The translations under genes and the position numbers were made by a program. DNA of 64,000 bases, from NCBI RefSeq assembly GCF_009914755.1, contig NC_060947.1, one strand, 5' to 3'. Shown one piece after another: positions 1 through 25,124 of the stretch (its first letter is position 1; each line of letters opens with the position of its first letter). This DNA is from the human T2T-CHM13v2.0 reference genome, Homo sapiens. The notes beneath the pieces were generated by a model. It worked only from the letters and a program-made list of their open reading frames with translations, was not told the DNA's origin and did not search any database.

Positions 1-1054
1 AGCTATCAGACATTTCTACACACACCCTCACCAGAAGGGAACCACCTTCCTTAAAGGGAAAGACCCAGTTCTGGCAGGATTCATCACCTGCTGACTAAAG
101 AGCACTTGGGCCCTGAATAGCAGCAATACCCAAGTACTATGTTGAGGGTGTTGGGTTGAGACTCTGAGGCTTGCTGTCCTCAGGTGAGACTCAAAACGAT
201 CCCAGCTGTGGTGGTTATAAGGAAAGACTACTTTTACTTAAGAAAAGTGGAAGGAAAAGTAAAGGGGACTTTGTCTTGCACCTTAGGTACCAGCTCAGCC
301 ACAGGAGAATGGAGCACCAAGTGGTCTCTTTGGATCCTCAGTTCCAGGACTTCGCTTTTGAACAGCATTTCTGGAGCTGTGCTGGGCCAGAAGGGAGATC
401 ACTGTTCAAACAGGTGAGTCCAAGACCAGGCAGAATTCACCACAAGCTGACTGAACATCACCACAATATCCCTTTGGGCCTTAAGGGAACATCTACAGTA
501 GTCTGGGAGTACTCCCCATACACCTGTGGTGGTGGTGGCAACAGGGTGGGATTCCTTTGCCTTTGGAAAGGGGAGGGAAGAGTGGGAAGAACTGTGTCTT
601 GTGGGCCAGCTCAGCCACAGTACAATAGAACAACAGGTAGACTGCTAAGATTTTAGACTCTCATCCCTGGCTCATGAATGGCACCTCTGGACATGCCTGA
701 GATTCACAACACTGAATGGAAGGACACAGGCCTAGCTGGCTTTGCCACTTGTCAATTGTACAGACCCAGGGACTTCAGCGAACATAGGTAAAGCCAAGGA
801 ATGGTTACAGTAGGTGGTGGGGGAGACCCAGTGCTATACTGGTTTTAGGTGTGGCTCACTGCTGCAATCCTGGTGATGGTGGCCACAGTGGTGCTTGTGT
901 CACACGACCCCAGTTCCAGGTGGCTCAGAACAAAAAAAGAGACTTTGTTTGTTTTGGAGGAAGTAAGGTAAGAGAATAAGAGTCTCTGCTTGGTAATCTA
1001 GAGAATTAGCCTTGATCTTTTCCAAGACAATCAAAGTAGTACCTCTATGAGTCT

Positions 1055-1093
1055 GAAAAAACAAAAAACAAAAACAAAAACAAAAACAAAAAA
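1055..1093 (+). repeat. (CAAAAA)n A-rich simple repeat
   Basis: aaaaaacaaaaaacaaaaacaaaaacaaaaacaaaaaa read directly. Confidence 0.85.
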
Positions 1094-4000
1094 GCAAATA
1101 CAGCTTAGATCACTACACCCAAGTACTTTCAAATATCTGGAAAGCCTTTACAAGCAGGAAGGGTGCAAACAAGCCCAGACTGCTAAGACTACAATAAATG
1201 TGTCTTCAATGCCCAGACACAGATGAACATCTACAACTATCAAGACAATCCAGGAAAACATGGCCTCACCAGATAAACTAAATAAGTCACCAAGGACCAA
1301 TCCTGGAGAAACAGAGATATGTGAACTTTCAGGCAAAAAAACTCAAGCTAGCAGTTTTGAGGAAACTTAGATAAATTCAAGATAACACAGAGGAAATTCA
1401 GAATTCTATCAGATAACTTTCACAAACAGATGGACATAATTAAATAGAATTGAGCAGAAGTTATTGAGCTGAAAAATACAATTGGCATACTGAAGAATGC
1501 ATTAGAGTCTTTTAACAGCAGAATTGATCAAGCAGAAGACAGAATTAGTGGGCTTAAAGACAGGTTATTTGAAAATACACAATCAGAGGACATATAATAA
1601 AAAAGAACGAAAACCAATGAAGCATGCCTACAGGATATAAAAACAGTCTCAAAAGGGCAAATGTAAGCATTATTGGCCTTAAAAATGAGGTAGAGAAAGA
1701 ATTGGGGTAGAAAGTTTACTGAAAGGGATAATAACGTAAATTCCCAAATTTAGAGAAAGATTTTGTTATCCAAGTAGAAGAATATTATAGAACACCAAAC
1801 AGATTAAACTCCAAGAAGACAACCTTGAGGCATTTAGTAATTAAACTCCCAAAAGGTCAAGGATAAAGAAAGGATCCTAAAAGCAACAAGAAAAAATAAA
1901 CAAATAACATACAATGGAGCTCCAATACATCAGGCATTAAACTTTTCAGTGGAAACCTTACAGGCCAGGAGAGAGTGGAGAGAGTGGCATGACATATTTA
2001 AAGTGTTGAAGGGGAAAAAAAAAAACCTTTTACCCTACAATAATATATTCTATGAAAAACCCTTCAAATATGAAGGAGAAATAAAGACTTTTCCAGACAA
2101 ATAATAGCTGAGGGGTTTTATCAACACCAGACCTGCTCTACAAGAAATGCTAAAGGGAGTTCTTTAGTTAGAAATAGAAGGACATTAATAAGAAATAATA
2201 ATTCATCTGAAGGTAAAAAACTCATTGGTGATAGTACACAGAAAGACAGAATATTATGACACTGTAACTGTAGTGTATAAATCACTCTAAAGTAGAAAGA
2301 CTAAACAATAAACCTATCAAAAATAAAAACTACAAAGACCTTTCAAGACACAGATAATACAATAAAATATAAATGAAAATGAGTAGCTAAAAAGCAGGGG
2401 GCAAAAATTAAGTCATAATTTTTTTATTAGTTTTCTTTTTGCTTGCTTGTTCGGTTATACAGTGTTAAGTTGTTATCAGCTTAAAATAATGAGTTATGTT
2501 GTGTTTAAATAAAATTTGTGTTTAAATAATTGTAAACAACATAAGAGGGAAATGTATAGCCATAAGTGCCAACATCAAAGGAAGAACTTCAAATAAACAA
2601 CCTAACAATGTATCTTAAAGAACAAGAAAAGGAAGCACAAACAAACCCAAAATTAGTAGAAGAAAATAAAAACAAAGATCAGAGAAGAAATACAAGAAAT
2701 TGAAATGAAGAAAGTAAAACAAAATATGAATGAAACAAAAAGATTTTTTTGAAAACTTAAGCAAAATTGACACACCTTTAGCCAGACTAAGAAAAAAAGA
2801 AAGAACATACAAATAAATAAAATCAGAGATGAAAAAGGAGACATTATAACCAATACTGAAGAAATTCAAAGGATCATTAGTGGCTGCTATGAGCAACTAT
2901 ATGCCAATAAATTGGAAAATCTAGAAGAAATGGGTAAATTCCTAGACACATATAACCTACCAATATTGAGTCATGAAGAAATCTAAAACCTGAATGAACC
3001 AATAACAAGCAATGAAACTGAAGCCAAAATAAAATGTCTCCCAGTAAAAAAAAGCCCAGGACCCAATGGCTTCACTGCTAAATTCTACCAAACATTTAAA
3101 GAAGTAATACCAATCCTACTGAAACTATGCTGAAAAATGAAGGAGGAGAGAATACTTCCAAACTTATTCAATAAGGCTACTAGTACGCTGATACCAAAAC
3201 CAGGCAAAGACATAGCATAAAAAGAAAATTACAGGCGAATATCCCTGATGAATATTGATGGAAAAATGGTAAACAAAATACTAGCAAACTCAATTCAACA
3301 ATACAATAAAAAGATCATTCACCATGACCAAGTGGGATATATCCCTGGTATGCAAGGATTGGTCAATATACACAAATCAATCAATGTGATATATCATATC
3401 AACAGAATGAAGGACAAAATCCATATGATCATTTCAATTTATGCTGAAAAAGCAGCTGATAAAATTCCACATCACTTCATGTTGAACTTTCTCAAAAAAC
3501 TGGATATACAAGAAATATTTCTAAACATAATAAAAGCTATGTATGATAGAGTCACAGCTAGTATTATACTGAATGGGGAAAATCTGAAATCTTTTTCTTT
3601 AAAGATTTGGAACATAACAAGGATGGCCATTTATACCATTATTCAACGTAGTATTGGAAGTCCTAGCTAGAGCAATTAGGCAAGAGGAAGAAATAAAGGG
3701 CATCCAAATCGAAAAGGATGAAGTCAAATTACTCTTGTTTGCAGGTAATATAATCTTATATTTGGAAAAACCTAAAGACTTCACCAAAAAGCTATTAGAA
3801 CTGATAAACAAATTAGATAAAGCTTCAGGATACAAAATCAGCATACAAAAAACAAGTAGCATTTCTAATATGCCAACAGTGAACAGTCTGCAAAAGAAAT
3901 AAAAAAGTAATCCCATTTACAATAGAAACAAATAAAATTAAATACCTATAAATTAACTTAACCAAAGAAGTGAAAGATCTCTATGATGAAAACTGTGAGA

Positions 4001-4833
4001 CACTGATGATAGAAATTAAAGAGGACACCAAAACAAATGGAAAAACATTCCAAGTTCATGAATTGGAAGGATCAATATTGCTAACATGTCCATACTACCA
4101 AAAGCAATCTACAGATTCAATGCAATCCCTATCAAAATACCAGTATTTCTCACAGAAACAGAAAAAACAATTCTAATATCTATATGCAACCACAAAGACT
4201 CAGAATAGCCAATGCTATACTAAGCAAAAATAACAAAACTAGAGGAATCACATTACCTGACTTCAAATTATACTACAGAGCTATAGTAATCAAAATGGTA
4301 TAGTACTGGCATAAGAACAGAAACATAGACCAAGGGAACAGAATAGAGATCACAGAAATACATAGACACAACTAAAGCAAACTCATTTTTGACAAAGGTG
4401 CCAAGAATATACACTGGGAATAGGACAGCATTTTTAATATATGGTGCTGGGAAAATTGGATATCCATATGCAGAAGAATAAAACTAGACCCCCATCTCTC
4501 ACCATATACAAAAAATAAAATCACAATGGATTGAAGACTTAAATCTGAAACCTCACACTATGAAACTGCTACAACAAAACATTGGAAAACTCTCCAGGGC
4601 AAAATTTTCTTGAGTCACGCCCCATAAGCACAGGCAACTAAAGCAAATGGGGTCATATCAAGTTAAAAAAATTCTGCACAGCAAAGAAAACAATCATCAA
4701 AATGAAGAGACAATCTATAGAATAGGAGAAAATATTTGCAAACTACCCATCTGACAAGGAATTAATAACCAGACTATATAAATTGCTCAAACAACTCTAC
4801 GGGGAAAAAAATTAATAATCCAATTTAAAAATG

Positions 4834-5123
4834 GGCCAGGTGCAGTAGCTCCAGCATGTAATCCTAGTACTTTGGGAGGATGAGTCAGGCAGATTGCTCG
4901 AGCACAGGAATTTGAGACCAACCTGGGCAATATGGCACACCCATCTCTACAAAAAATGGAAAAATTAGCCACGTGTTGTGGTATGTACCTGTGGTCCCAG
5001 CTACTCATGGGGCTGGGGTGACAGGATTGCTTGAACCAGGAAGGTCGAGGCTGCAGTGAGCCATGATCATGCTACTGCACTCCAGCCTGCATAATAGAGC
5101 AAGACCCTTTCTTAATAACAACA
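4834..5123 (+). mobile_element. Alu (AluJ-like) inserted in the L1MA
   Basis: GGCCAGGTGCAGTAGCTC start, two arms with A-rich linker, gaggctgcagtgagccatgat; flanking aaaaatg at 4827-4833 and 5124-5130 (TSD). Confidence 0.93.
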
Positions 5124-6139
5124 AAAAATGGGCAAAAGATTTGAATATACATTTCTTAAAAGAAGACGTACAAATAGCAAACAGGCATATGAAAAGGTGC
5201 TCAACATCACTATTCATCAAACAAATGCAAATGAAAACTACAACGAGATATCTTCTCATCCCAGTGAAAGTGGCTTATATCCAAAAGACTTTCAATAACA
5301 AATGCTGGGGAGGATGTGGAGAAATAGGAACACTTGTACCCTGTTGATGGAAATGCAAACTAATACAACCACTATGGAAAACAGTTTGGATGATGCTGAA
5401 AAATACTGAAAATAGAGCTGCCACAGGATCCAGCAATCCTACTGCTGGGTATATACCCAAAAGAAAGGAAATCAATATAGCAAAGAGATACCTGCGCTCT
5501 CATGCTTGTTGTTGCCCCGTTCACGATAGCCAAGATTTGGAAACAACCTATGAGTCCATCAACAGATGAATAGATAAATAAAATATGGTGCCTATAATCA
5601 GTGGTGTACTATTCAGCCATAAAAAGAAATTAGATTTGTAACAGCATGGACTGAACATGGATGGGACTGGAGTTCGGTATGTTAAGTGAAATAACCCAGA
5701 AACAGAAAGACAAACACCTCATGTTCTAACTTATTTGTGGGCTCTAAAAATCAAAATAATTGAACTCATGGAGATGGAGGGTAGAAGGATGGTTACTGGA
5801 GGCTCGGAAGAGTAGTGGGTGTTGAGGGTGGGGAGGTGGGGACAGTTAATGGATACAAAAATTATAGTTAGAAAGAATGAGTAAGACCTAGTGTTTGATA
5901 ACACAACTGGGTGACTGTAATAAATAATAATTTAATTGTACCATTTAGAATAACTAAAAGAGTATAATTAGGTTGTTTGTAACCCAAAGGATAAATACTT
6001 CAGGGGATGGATACCCGATTCTCCATGATGTGGTTATGATGCCTGTATCAAAACATCCCATGTACCCCACAATTATATACTACTATGTACCCACAAAAAT
6101 TAAAACTAAAAATTTTTTAAAAAATAGGAAAATAAAGGT

Positions 6140-8140
6140 TTTATTTTATTTATTCTTTTTCTAATGCTTTTTTTCTGCTCAGTTCTAAGTTTCTGCCCTA
6201 TATTATTTTTCTCCTTTCTGAAGAACTTTTTAAGATATTATTTGCAAGGCAGGTGTACTGGTGACAAAATCCTCAATTTTTATTTGCCTAAGTATTTATT
6301 TCTCCTTCATTTTTGAAGATTAATTTGACTAGATATAGAATTTTAGGTGGTGGATTTTTTCTTTCAACACTTTAAATATTTTACTCCAGTGTCTTCTTGT
6401 ATGCATGATTTCTGAAAAGAATTATAATGTAATTCTTATCTTTGCTCCTCTATACAGAAGACCTTTTTTCTCTCCACGTTTCTTTTGAGACTATATTTTT
6501 CTATACAGTGGGAACATTTAACATCCTCTAGTCTAGCTATTTTAAAATATACAATATATTTTTGTTAAGGTTAGTCACCTTACTGTACAATGAAACACTA
6601 AAACTTATTCTTAAGATGATGGATATGCTAATTTCTCTAATTTGATCATTACATATTGTATACATGTTTTGAAACATCACACTGTACCCCATAAGTATAT
6701 ACAATTATGTGCCAATTAAAACATTAAAAAAGATTCTTTTTTTATATTTTCTGCAGTTTGAATATAATATGCCTAGCTTATTTTTTCAGTAGTAGTTTTT
6801 TTTTTTTAATCTTGTTTGGCGTTATTTGAGCTTCCTGCATTTGTGGTTTGATGTACATTATTAATTTTGTAATTCTCAGTAATAATTGTTTAAATATTTC
6901 TTCTGTCCTTTTCTTGTTTTCTTTTCCTTTTGGTACTCTCATTACTTGTGTGTTACAGCTTTTGTAAATGTCTCACAGATTTTGGATATTCTGTTCTGTC
7001 TTTTCTTTCTTTTTTCCCTCTCTGTTTCAATTTTGGGAGTTAATAGTTGACATCTTTATAAGCTCACTGATTCTTTCCTTGGCTCTTTCCCATCTATCAA
7101 CTACCCCATCAAAGACATTCTTTATTTCTGTTACATTATGTTTGATTTCTAACATTTCCTTTTTATTTTTTCTTACAGTTTTTATGTCATTGCCTATCTT
7201 ACTCATCTGGTTTTTACATGGTCCTTTTTTTTTCTATGAGAACTCTTAGCCTATAGATCATAGTTGTTTTAAATTATCAGTCTAATAATCCCAATATCCT
7301 TGCCACCATGCCTTTTTGGCTCTGATGCTTGCTCTGTCTCTTCAAACTGTGTTTTTGGCAATTTAGTATCTTCCGTAATTTTTTTGTTGAAAGGCAGACA
7401 TAATGTACTGGCTAAAAAGAACTGAGGTTAACAGGCCTTTAGTGTGAAGTTCTATGTTTATCTGGCTAGGAGTTAGTCTGTGTTTATTGTTTGCTGTAGC
7501 TGTAGAGGTCAGAGGCTAAAATTTCTTCTAATGTCCTCATTATTGTCTTCATCGTTGTCTCTGGATTTTTTTAGATATTTCTTCCTCATTATGTTTGGAG
7601 ACATGTAATTCTTTCATTGTATTTCCCTGTCATTGTCCAGCACACCGGTTTATGTGGTACGAAGGTGTTGAGGGAGGAGAAGCATTCTATATTCTTATAA
7701 TTAGGTCTCACTCTGTTAGTGAGCCTGTGACCTTGGGCTATAACTTCTACAAGTGCTTCTCAGTTTTTGTCCCCATCTGTTGTGAGATAGAAGGGACAGA
7801 GAGGGATGGAGTTGGTTATTTCTCTTAGCCCAGGTTAGTTAAGCTTTAGAAAAATTTAGTCAATTAAGATCTGATGAAACAGTTTCACTTGAAGGCAGGT
7901 ATTGTTTAGAAAAACAGAAAACTCTGGGCCTATTGCAGAACGCTGGGCATATTTCCCACTCACCAGCTGGAATTAGTAGGAGATTTTTCTCAGATTTTCT
8001 CTGTGAGAACCTCTGGACTCAGAGGGGTAAAACTCACACAAATGTGTATGTGCCCAGCTTTTCTACGCAGAGCCCTTAGCAATTCATAACTCGTGAGTTA
8101 ACTTTTTTCTACTCCTATACTGTTACCAATGGAGATTTTT
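6140..8140 (-). mobile_element. Ancient L1M (L1MC/MD-like) ORF1/5' region, continues at 14294-14510 after the L1PA insertion
   Basis: T-rich antisense L1M ORF1-like sequence (gatatagaattttaggtggtggatttttt, tctgcagtttgaatataatatgcctag); continuity across the 16-bp TSD of the L1PA. Confidence 0.7.
6500..6730 (+). mobile_element. Short L1MA 3'-end insert with 5' inversion
   Basis: 6500-6610 is antisense L1MA 3'UTR (tctagctattttaaaatatacaata); 6612-6730 is the sense L1MA terminus (gatgatggatatgctaat...caattaaaacattaaaaa). Confidence 0.6.
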
Positions 8141-14277
<6,137 letters not shown>

Positions 14278-14529
14278 ACCAATGGAGATTTTTGCTCCTG
14301 GGCTTCTGTTCTGGTTAGCTATGATTCTCTGTATCTGCCAATCTATCTCTTCAATTTTGTGGCCAGCATTTTGCTCTATGATCTGAATTATTGTATGGAT
14401 CTAAGAAGAGATATTGACTTTTGATTTGCTCAGTTTTTTTTCTTACTGAAGATGGAAGTGACAACATCTAAGCTTCTTACATGGAAGACCTGAACCTGGA
14501 AGTCCATTTATTCTTTTAAAAATTAATTC

Positions 14530-14660
14530 AGGATTCATTGAGCAGATACTACGTGTCAAGCATCGATGTAGGAACAAGAAATACAGCAGTGAGTAAGATA
14601 GACAAAAGTCCTGCTCTCAAGTTTATATTCTGGTTGATAAGAATGAATAAAAAAATAAAC
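14530..14660 (-). mobile_element. L2 3' fragment
   Basis: cattgagcagatactacgtgtcaagc...atacagcagtgagtaagatagacaaaagtcctgctctca resembles the antisense L2 3' end. Confidence 0.65.
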
Positions 14661-14679
14661 ATTCAAAGTAATAGCTATG

Positions 14680-21032
<6,353 letters not shown>

Positions 21033-21411
21033 AAACTACTAGGTATGCAACTGTATACAAAATATTTTATTTAAATCAACTATATTTTTACTTGCAGAAA
21101 TTCATTTTAAAAGGAAACTATAACACTTTTTTAAGTGGAGAAGCAGCAATATTCCACCATCAAAAGATAAGCATAAAATAAATTTCTAACTTGTAAAAAA
21201 ATGATCATGGTAGCCACTATAATCATATCCAATGTCACCTCTAGAACCCATGCCACACGTTGGGAAGCATTTAGTTGAGCCCATTGCTTTTTATATGAGG
21301 AAATCAAGATTCATAAGGCAAGAGTAATTTGAGCACATCCTCAGTCAGATCTCATATATCCAAGGGCCAAATATATTCCCCCATTTTTTTATCAAAGAGA
21401 AGAGACACACA

Positions 21412-21542
21412 AGAAAGCTGCATATGGTCATGCAAGTTCTCCATAGCACAACTCTAGGACATGCCAGTTACTTGGTGAATGATGTTCCTTGGAGTTGAAC
21501 AGTGTACAACCTGAACCTGTGTGACCATATGCAAAGTCCCTC
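21412..21542. mobile_element. MER91-like palindromic hAT/Tip100 MITE
   Basis: Perfect 12-bp inverted repeat tgcatatggtca (21419-21430) / tgaccatatgca (21522-21533) with internal caactctagg...ccttggagttg symmetry. Confidence 0.7.
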
Positions 21543-21879
21543 AGGACTCAATATTAGGGAAATAAAGCACAGTGATTAAAAGTGCAAGATTTGGAGACAG
21601 CTGCTACCCCTCTTCTGGCCCTCACTGTGCTCTTGATAGAAGGTGGTTGCTCTTATTTTGATGCTTACAGGACAGAAAAGCATCAGAAGGGTGAACCTAG
21701 AAGGACAATCACTGCTCTCAAGTAATCCATGTTTTTCTTTTGTCTCTCCAAGGATAAAAGATGTGGGGTCTCTATGGAGTAGATACTCCTGGTCTTTCCA
21801 CACTGAAGATGCAGCAGGGGCATAAGTAAAAATTACAAAACAAGTCATAACTGCAAAGGAAAAACGTACCTTTATAAAG

Positions 21880-22470
21880 GAAAGGTCACTTCATCAAATG
21901 ATCAAACATAGCTTCGTTAATAAAACACAAACCAATGTGTGTGTGTGTCTTGATGTGCTGTACAATACTAAATACCAGCATCACCTATGAAGTACTCTTA
22001 CCAAAAATATTTAATCTAAAGCTATTTATTCCTTTAGACCTAAATTCCAGTTTTACAGAAAATATAGGGGATGGAGGATCAAATTAAATTACACCCTGGG
22101 GAAGCAATTAAACAAACCCAGGATGTGGAACATTTATAAGACAATTGATCTGGTCTCGTTAAAATATCAATATCATGTGGGAAAACAGATGAGAGGACCT
22201 TCCTAGATTAAAGAGACATAATGAAATACAACTTGAGGACCTTCGTTGGATTCTGCTTCAAAAATTCCATTTTGGGGATCTATTGGGGAAAATTTGAATG
22301 TGGATTATATATTAGATAATATTGTGAGTTATTACTAATTTTCTATACCATGGGGATTGTATTACAGTTACGTAGGAAAATGCCCCCATTTTTAAAAGCT
22401 GCCTGCTAAAGTATTTAGGGGTAAAGTATCATGTTATCTGCTACTTACTTTCAAATGGCTTGCCAAAACT
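21880..22470 (+). mobile_element. L1ME-like 3'UTR fragment
   Basis: aatttgaatgtggattatatattagataat...aagtatttaggggtaaagtatcatgttatctgctacttactttcaaatgg typical of L1ME 3' ends. Confidence 0.65.
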
Positions 22471-22634
22471 AAAGAATATACACAAAGTAACATTTCTCAG
22501 GAAATCTTTGTGGACTATATGGAAAACTTTAACTGGACGATGCTACAGTTTGGTGGACTTAGCTGTTCAAAAACCCATACCTAAATGGAGCTCAACTTAT
22601 ACCAACAGATGAATGGAAAACAACAATGTGATAT

Positions 22635-22740
22635 CCAAAAGGGATAAAGTGAAATCCTAAGCTTGGATTTAAAAAGAAATCAATTGTATAAATACAGGAT
22701 GAGGAAGATCTGGCTTAACAGCAAGTCAAGTGCAAAACAC
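22635..22740 (+). mobile_element. L3/CR1 LINE fragment
   Basis: ggataaagtgaaatcctaagcttgg...aatcaattgtataaatacaggatgaggaagatctggcttaacagc resembles the CR1/L3 KCKVLHLG..YRMG region. Confidence 0.55.
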
Positions 22741-22884
22741 AGAATAAAATCCAGGCTCTTCAGGTGACTCAGAGGGGAATTTTAAGCAATGGCCCCGCAT
22801 GATTTACATACACATCAAGGACTTGGTGAACTTAGTGACTGATCAGACATGGGACGGAAGGAGGGGAAAGGGAAGAGACAAAAG

Positions 22885-23040
22885 AGGAGCTTGGGCTAAG
22901 GAGTCAAACTGCCTGGGTCTTAATTCTGATTCTACCACTTATTAGCAGGCAAACATGAATAAGTCAGTTAACCTCTCTATGCCTCATTTCCTCTATAGTG
23001 GAAAAACACACTTGCCTAGAATTGATGGGGCTTAATTCAG
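22885..23040 (+). mobile_element. MIR SINE
   Basis: ggagtcaaactgcctgggtcttaattctgattctaccacttattagc...aagtcagttaacctctctatgcctcatttcctc. Confidence 0.75.
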
Positions 23041-24669
23041 TCACTATCTGTCTGGGCCTACCTTTAAATTAGGGAAGCACTAGGTCATCTATACGGCCCT
23101 ATCAAGCTCCATCTTTCAGTGCCCCTGGAATTCTGCACCTCCTACTTTGAGGCTGGGGCAGAGATTAGTTTAAATGCCTGAGGGGATGCATTCTTGAAGT
23201 TGGAAAAACTATCAATTTGCCATAAAGCTCGGCCTGCATTGGTAAAATGTGGTCTCTAGAGGGTGCTCAAAACACAAAAAGTACTCAATTAAAGGTTCTC
23301 AGAAAGAGAACCTAATCAGTAGGATTCCTATAAGCAGGAATAAGCAAAGGAGACAGCTATTGTCAAAGAGAAGGCCTAATTGGTGACTGCTGTTCTAGAT
23401 ACATTAGGGCTCTCCCAGAGTACAGTCAAGGGTGGGGTGAGTACTCATTTATCAGCCCCTGTCCTACAGTTTAGCTGTGAGCACAATCCCAATGTTGACA
23501 AGAAATGGTACTGAAGTTTTGACATCTCATTTCCCAATAGCTTCCCAGCTGGGTCCAAGTGTTATGTAGGATTTCAGAGACCCTGGGAAGAAGTGATACT
23601 GGTGGAAGTATATTCAAAGGTTTCCTCTCCCAAATGAGATTTGGAGGTGGAGGAGGTGAGGGGAATGTGAATAGCCTAAAAGAGAGGACATACAGATACT
23701 CAAAAGATTACTCGTTCCTGGACTGGGCTTAAGTGACCATGGAGCCCTCTAGAAAAGGAACTAAGCTAATGAGGCCTAAGTGAGGTCATGAGGCAGAGAG
23801 AACTTAAACGTTCTTCCGTGACCTGAGCAGTGAGAGTTTGAGAGTCTGGTTTCTGAGTGGGATGCCCCAGCTTTCTTCCCCATTCCCAAACATGGCAGGC
23901 CTCTTTCCTGCTACGAGCAACTCTGACACTCAAACGAGACAATTTCTAAAAATATTATCTGCCGTTTGCCTATTTCCAATCTTTGTAAAGTATAAAATCT
24001 TAATCTTTGGGTTTAAGGAGGTGCTCACCCACACACTTTAGCTGGAATCCTTCCCTCATGACCTTCTTCCCCTTTCCTCTACCAAATTAGGGCTCGAAAG
24101 GCACAAGGAGAATGAGCTTTCTACTAGAGATCCCTTCCCAGGTCTGATGTCTTGTCTTGTTGTTTTTTTCCTCAGAAATGATTTCATCTGAACATAAATC
24201 TCCTCAAGAATGAAGATGGTTATTTCTCTGGGCCTGTTTCTCCATGTCAAAAAAGGAAAAGACCTCAGTGAATTTATGTTAGTGTTAAACCTCTTAAGGA
24301 GTCTAAAGACTATTAGCCAAGCTTTTCCTGAGAGCCATTTGGGGAAAGGAAAGAAAGGAAGAGAACATGAGAAGAGCATAGAGGCCTTTAAAGGAGTATT
24401 ATCACAAAGGGACTCAGCATTCTGGGGGCAGTGCTTACTTACTCTGGCCTTTTGCTGCCTGAATGTGGTGATTGGTGATACCCCAGGGCAGCAAAAGAAA
24501 TATTCCTCCCCTGAGTCTATACCCACAGGATACTCCTGGTTCTGGCTGGAACCTTCCCCAGGCACAGCAGTCCACTGTACTAAAATATGCCAGGTCATAT
24601 TGTAAGAAATCTAGGAATGTTTTGTTATGCCTTTGCTTTGTTTTTGTGTTTTTGCAAGGTGACATAAAA

Positions 24670-24880
24670 CATGGAGAACATGTGGGGTTTAGGCATCAGA
24701 CAGCTCTCAGCTGGAATCCAAGTTTGACCACTTCTCCTGGGTGACCCCAGGCAACTTACCTAACTTTTCTATGCTCCTCTTTCTTCACCTGTGAATTATG
24801 GATAATCATATTCTGATTCATGGTGAGTACTAATTATAATGTACCCAATTATAGTGCTCAGTTCATATTGTACTCAGCAA
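24670..24880 (+). mobile_element. MIR SINE
   Basis: gggtgaccccaggcaacttacctaacttttctatgctcctctttcttcacctgtgaattatggataat MIR core. Confidence 0.7.
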
Positions 24881-25080
24881 AGTGGAGGCTTCTTCCTTCA
24901 TGAGTCCTTGTCACACAATGGCTTCTGAAAAATATTCTGTAATCTTTCTGGGCCAACATTTCTTCATCTGCAGAATTGGGGTAGTGTGGATAGGAGAATG
25001 TCACTCAGAGGAAATGTGGGCCTAAATGGAATGAAGTCATGGATAGTGAGGGACCTTTATTACATCTCAAGAGCTAATGC

Positions 25081-25124
25081 CAAAAAACAAACAAACAAAC
25101 AAAAACAAACAAACAAACAAAAAA
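25081..25124 (+). repeat. (CAAA)n microsatellite
   Basis: caaaaaacaaacaaacaaacaaaaacaaacaaacaaacaaaaaa. Confidence 0.9.

Larger units (their letters stand above)
1..6124 (+). mobile_element. Old LINE-1 (L1MA1-3-like), 5' end at or before the window start; ORF1 remnant ~1250-2200, ORF2 remnant lacking the endonuclease domain, 3'UTR and A-rich tail
   Basis: ORF2 RT-region peptides (3248-3670 [27 protein letters not shown]; 3654-3902 [18 protein letters not shown]); L1MA-type 3'UTR (gttagaaagaatgagtaagacctag...tactatgtacccacaaaaattaaaa); many stops and frameshifts. Confidence 0.9.

Noticed and set aside
171-656. 161-aa ORF
   Set aside because: Lies in the 5' region of the old L1, starts at a non-ATG codon and has no recognisable protein features.
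21419-21533. Hairpin as a possible miRNA or ncRNA gene
   Set aside because: Explained by the palindromic structure of a MER91-like MITE; no expression evidence.
21650-21830. Acceptor-like sites (tgcttacag, tctctccaag) suggesting an exon
   Set aside because: No strong paired donor or coding signal; cannot be supported without transcript data.
24056-24744. Overlapping 180-aa, 131-aa and 90-aa ORFs in unique DNA
   Set aside because: No recognisable domain, ORFs on both strands and no convincing exon structure; consistent with chance frames.
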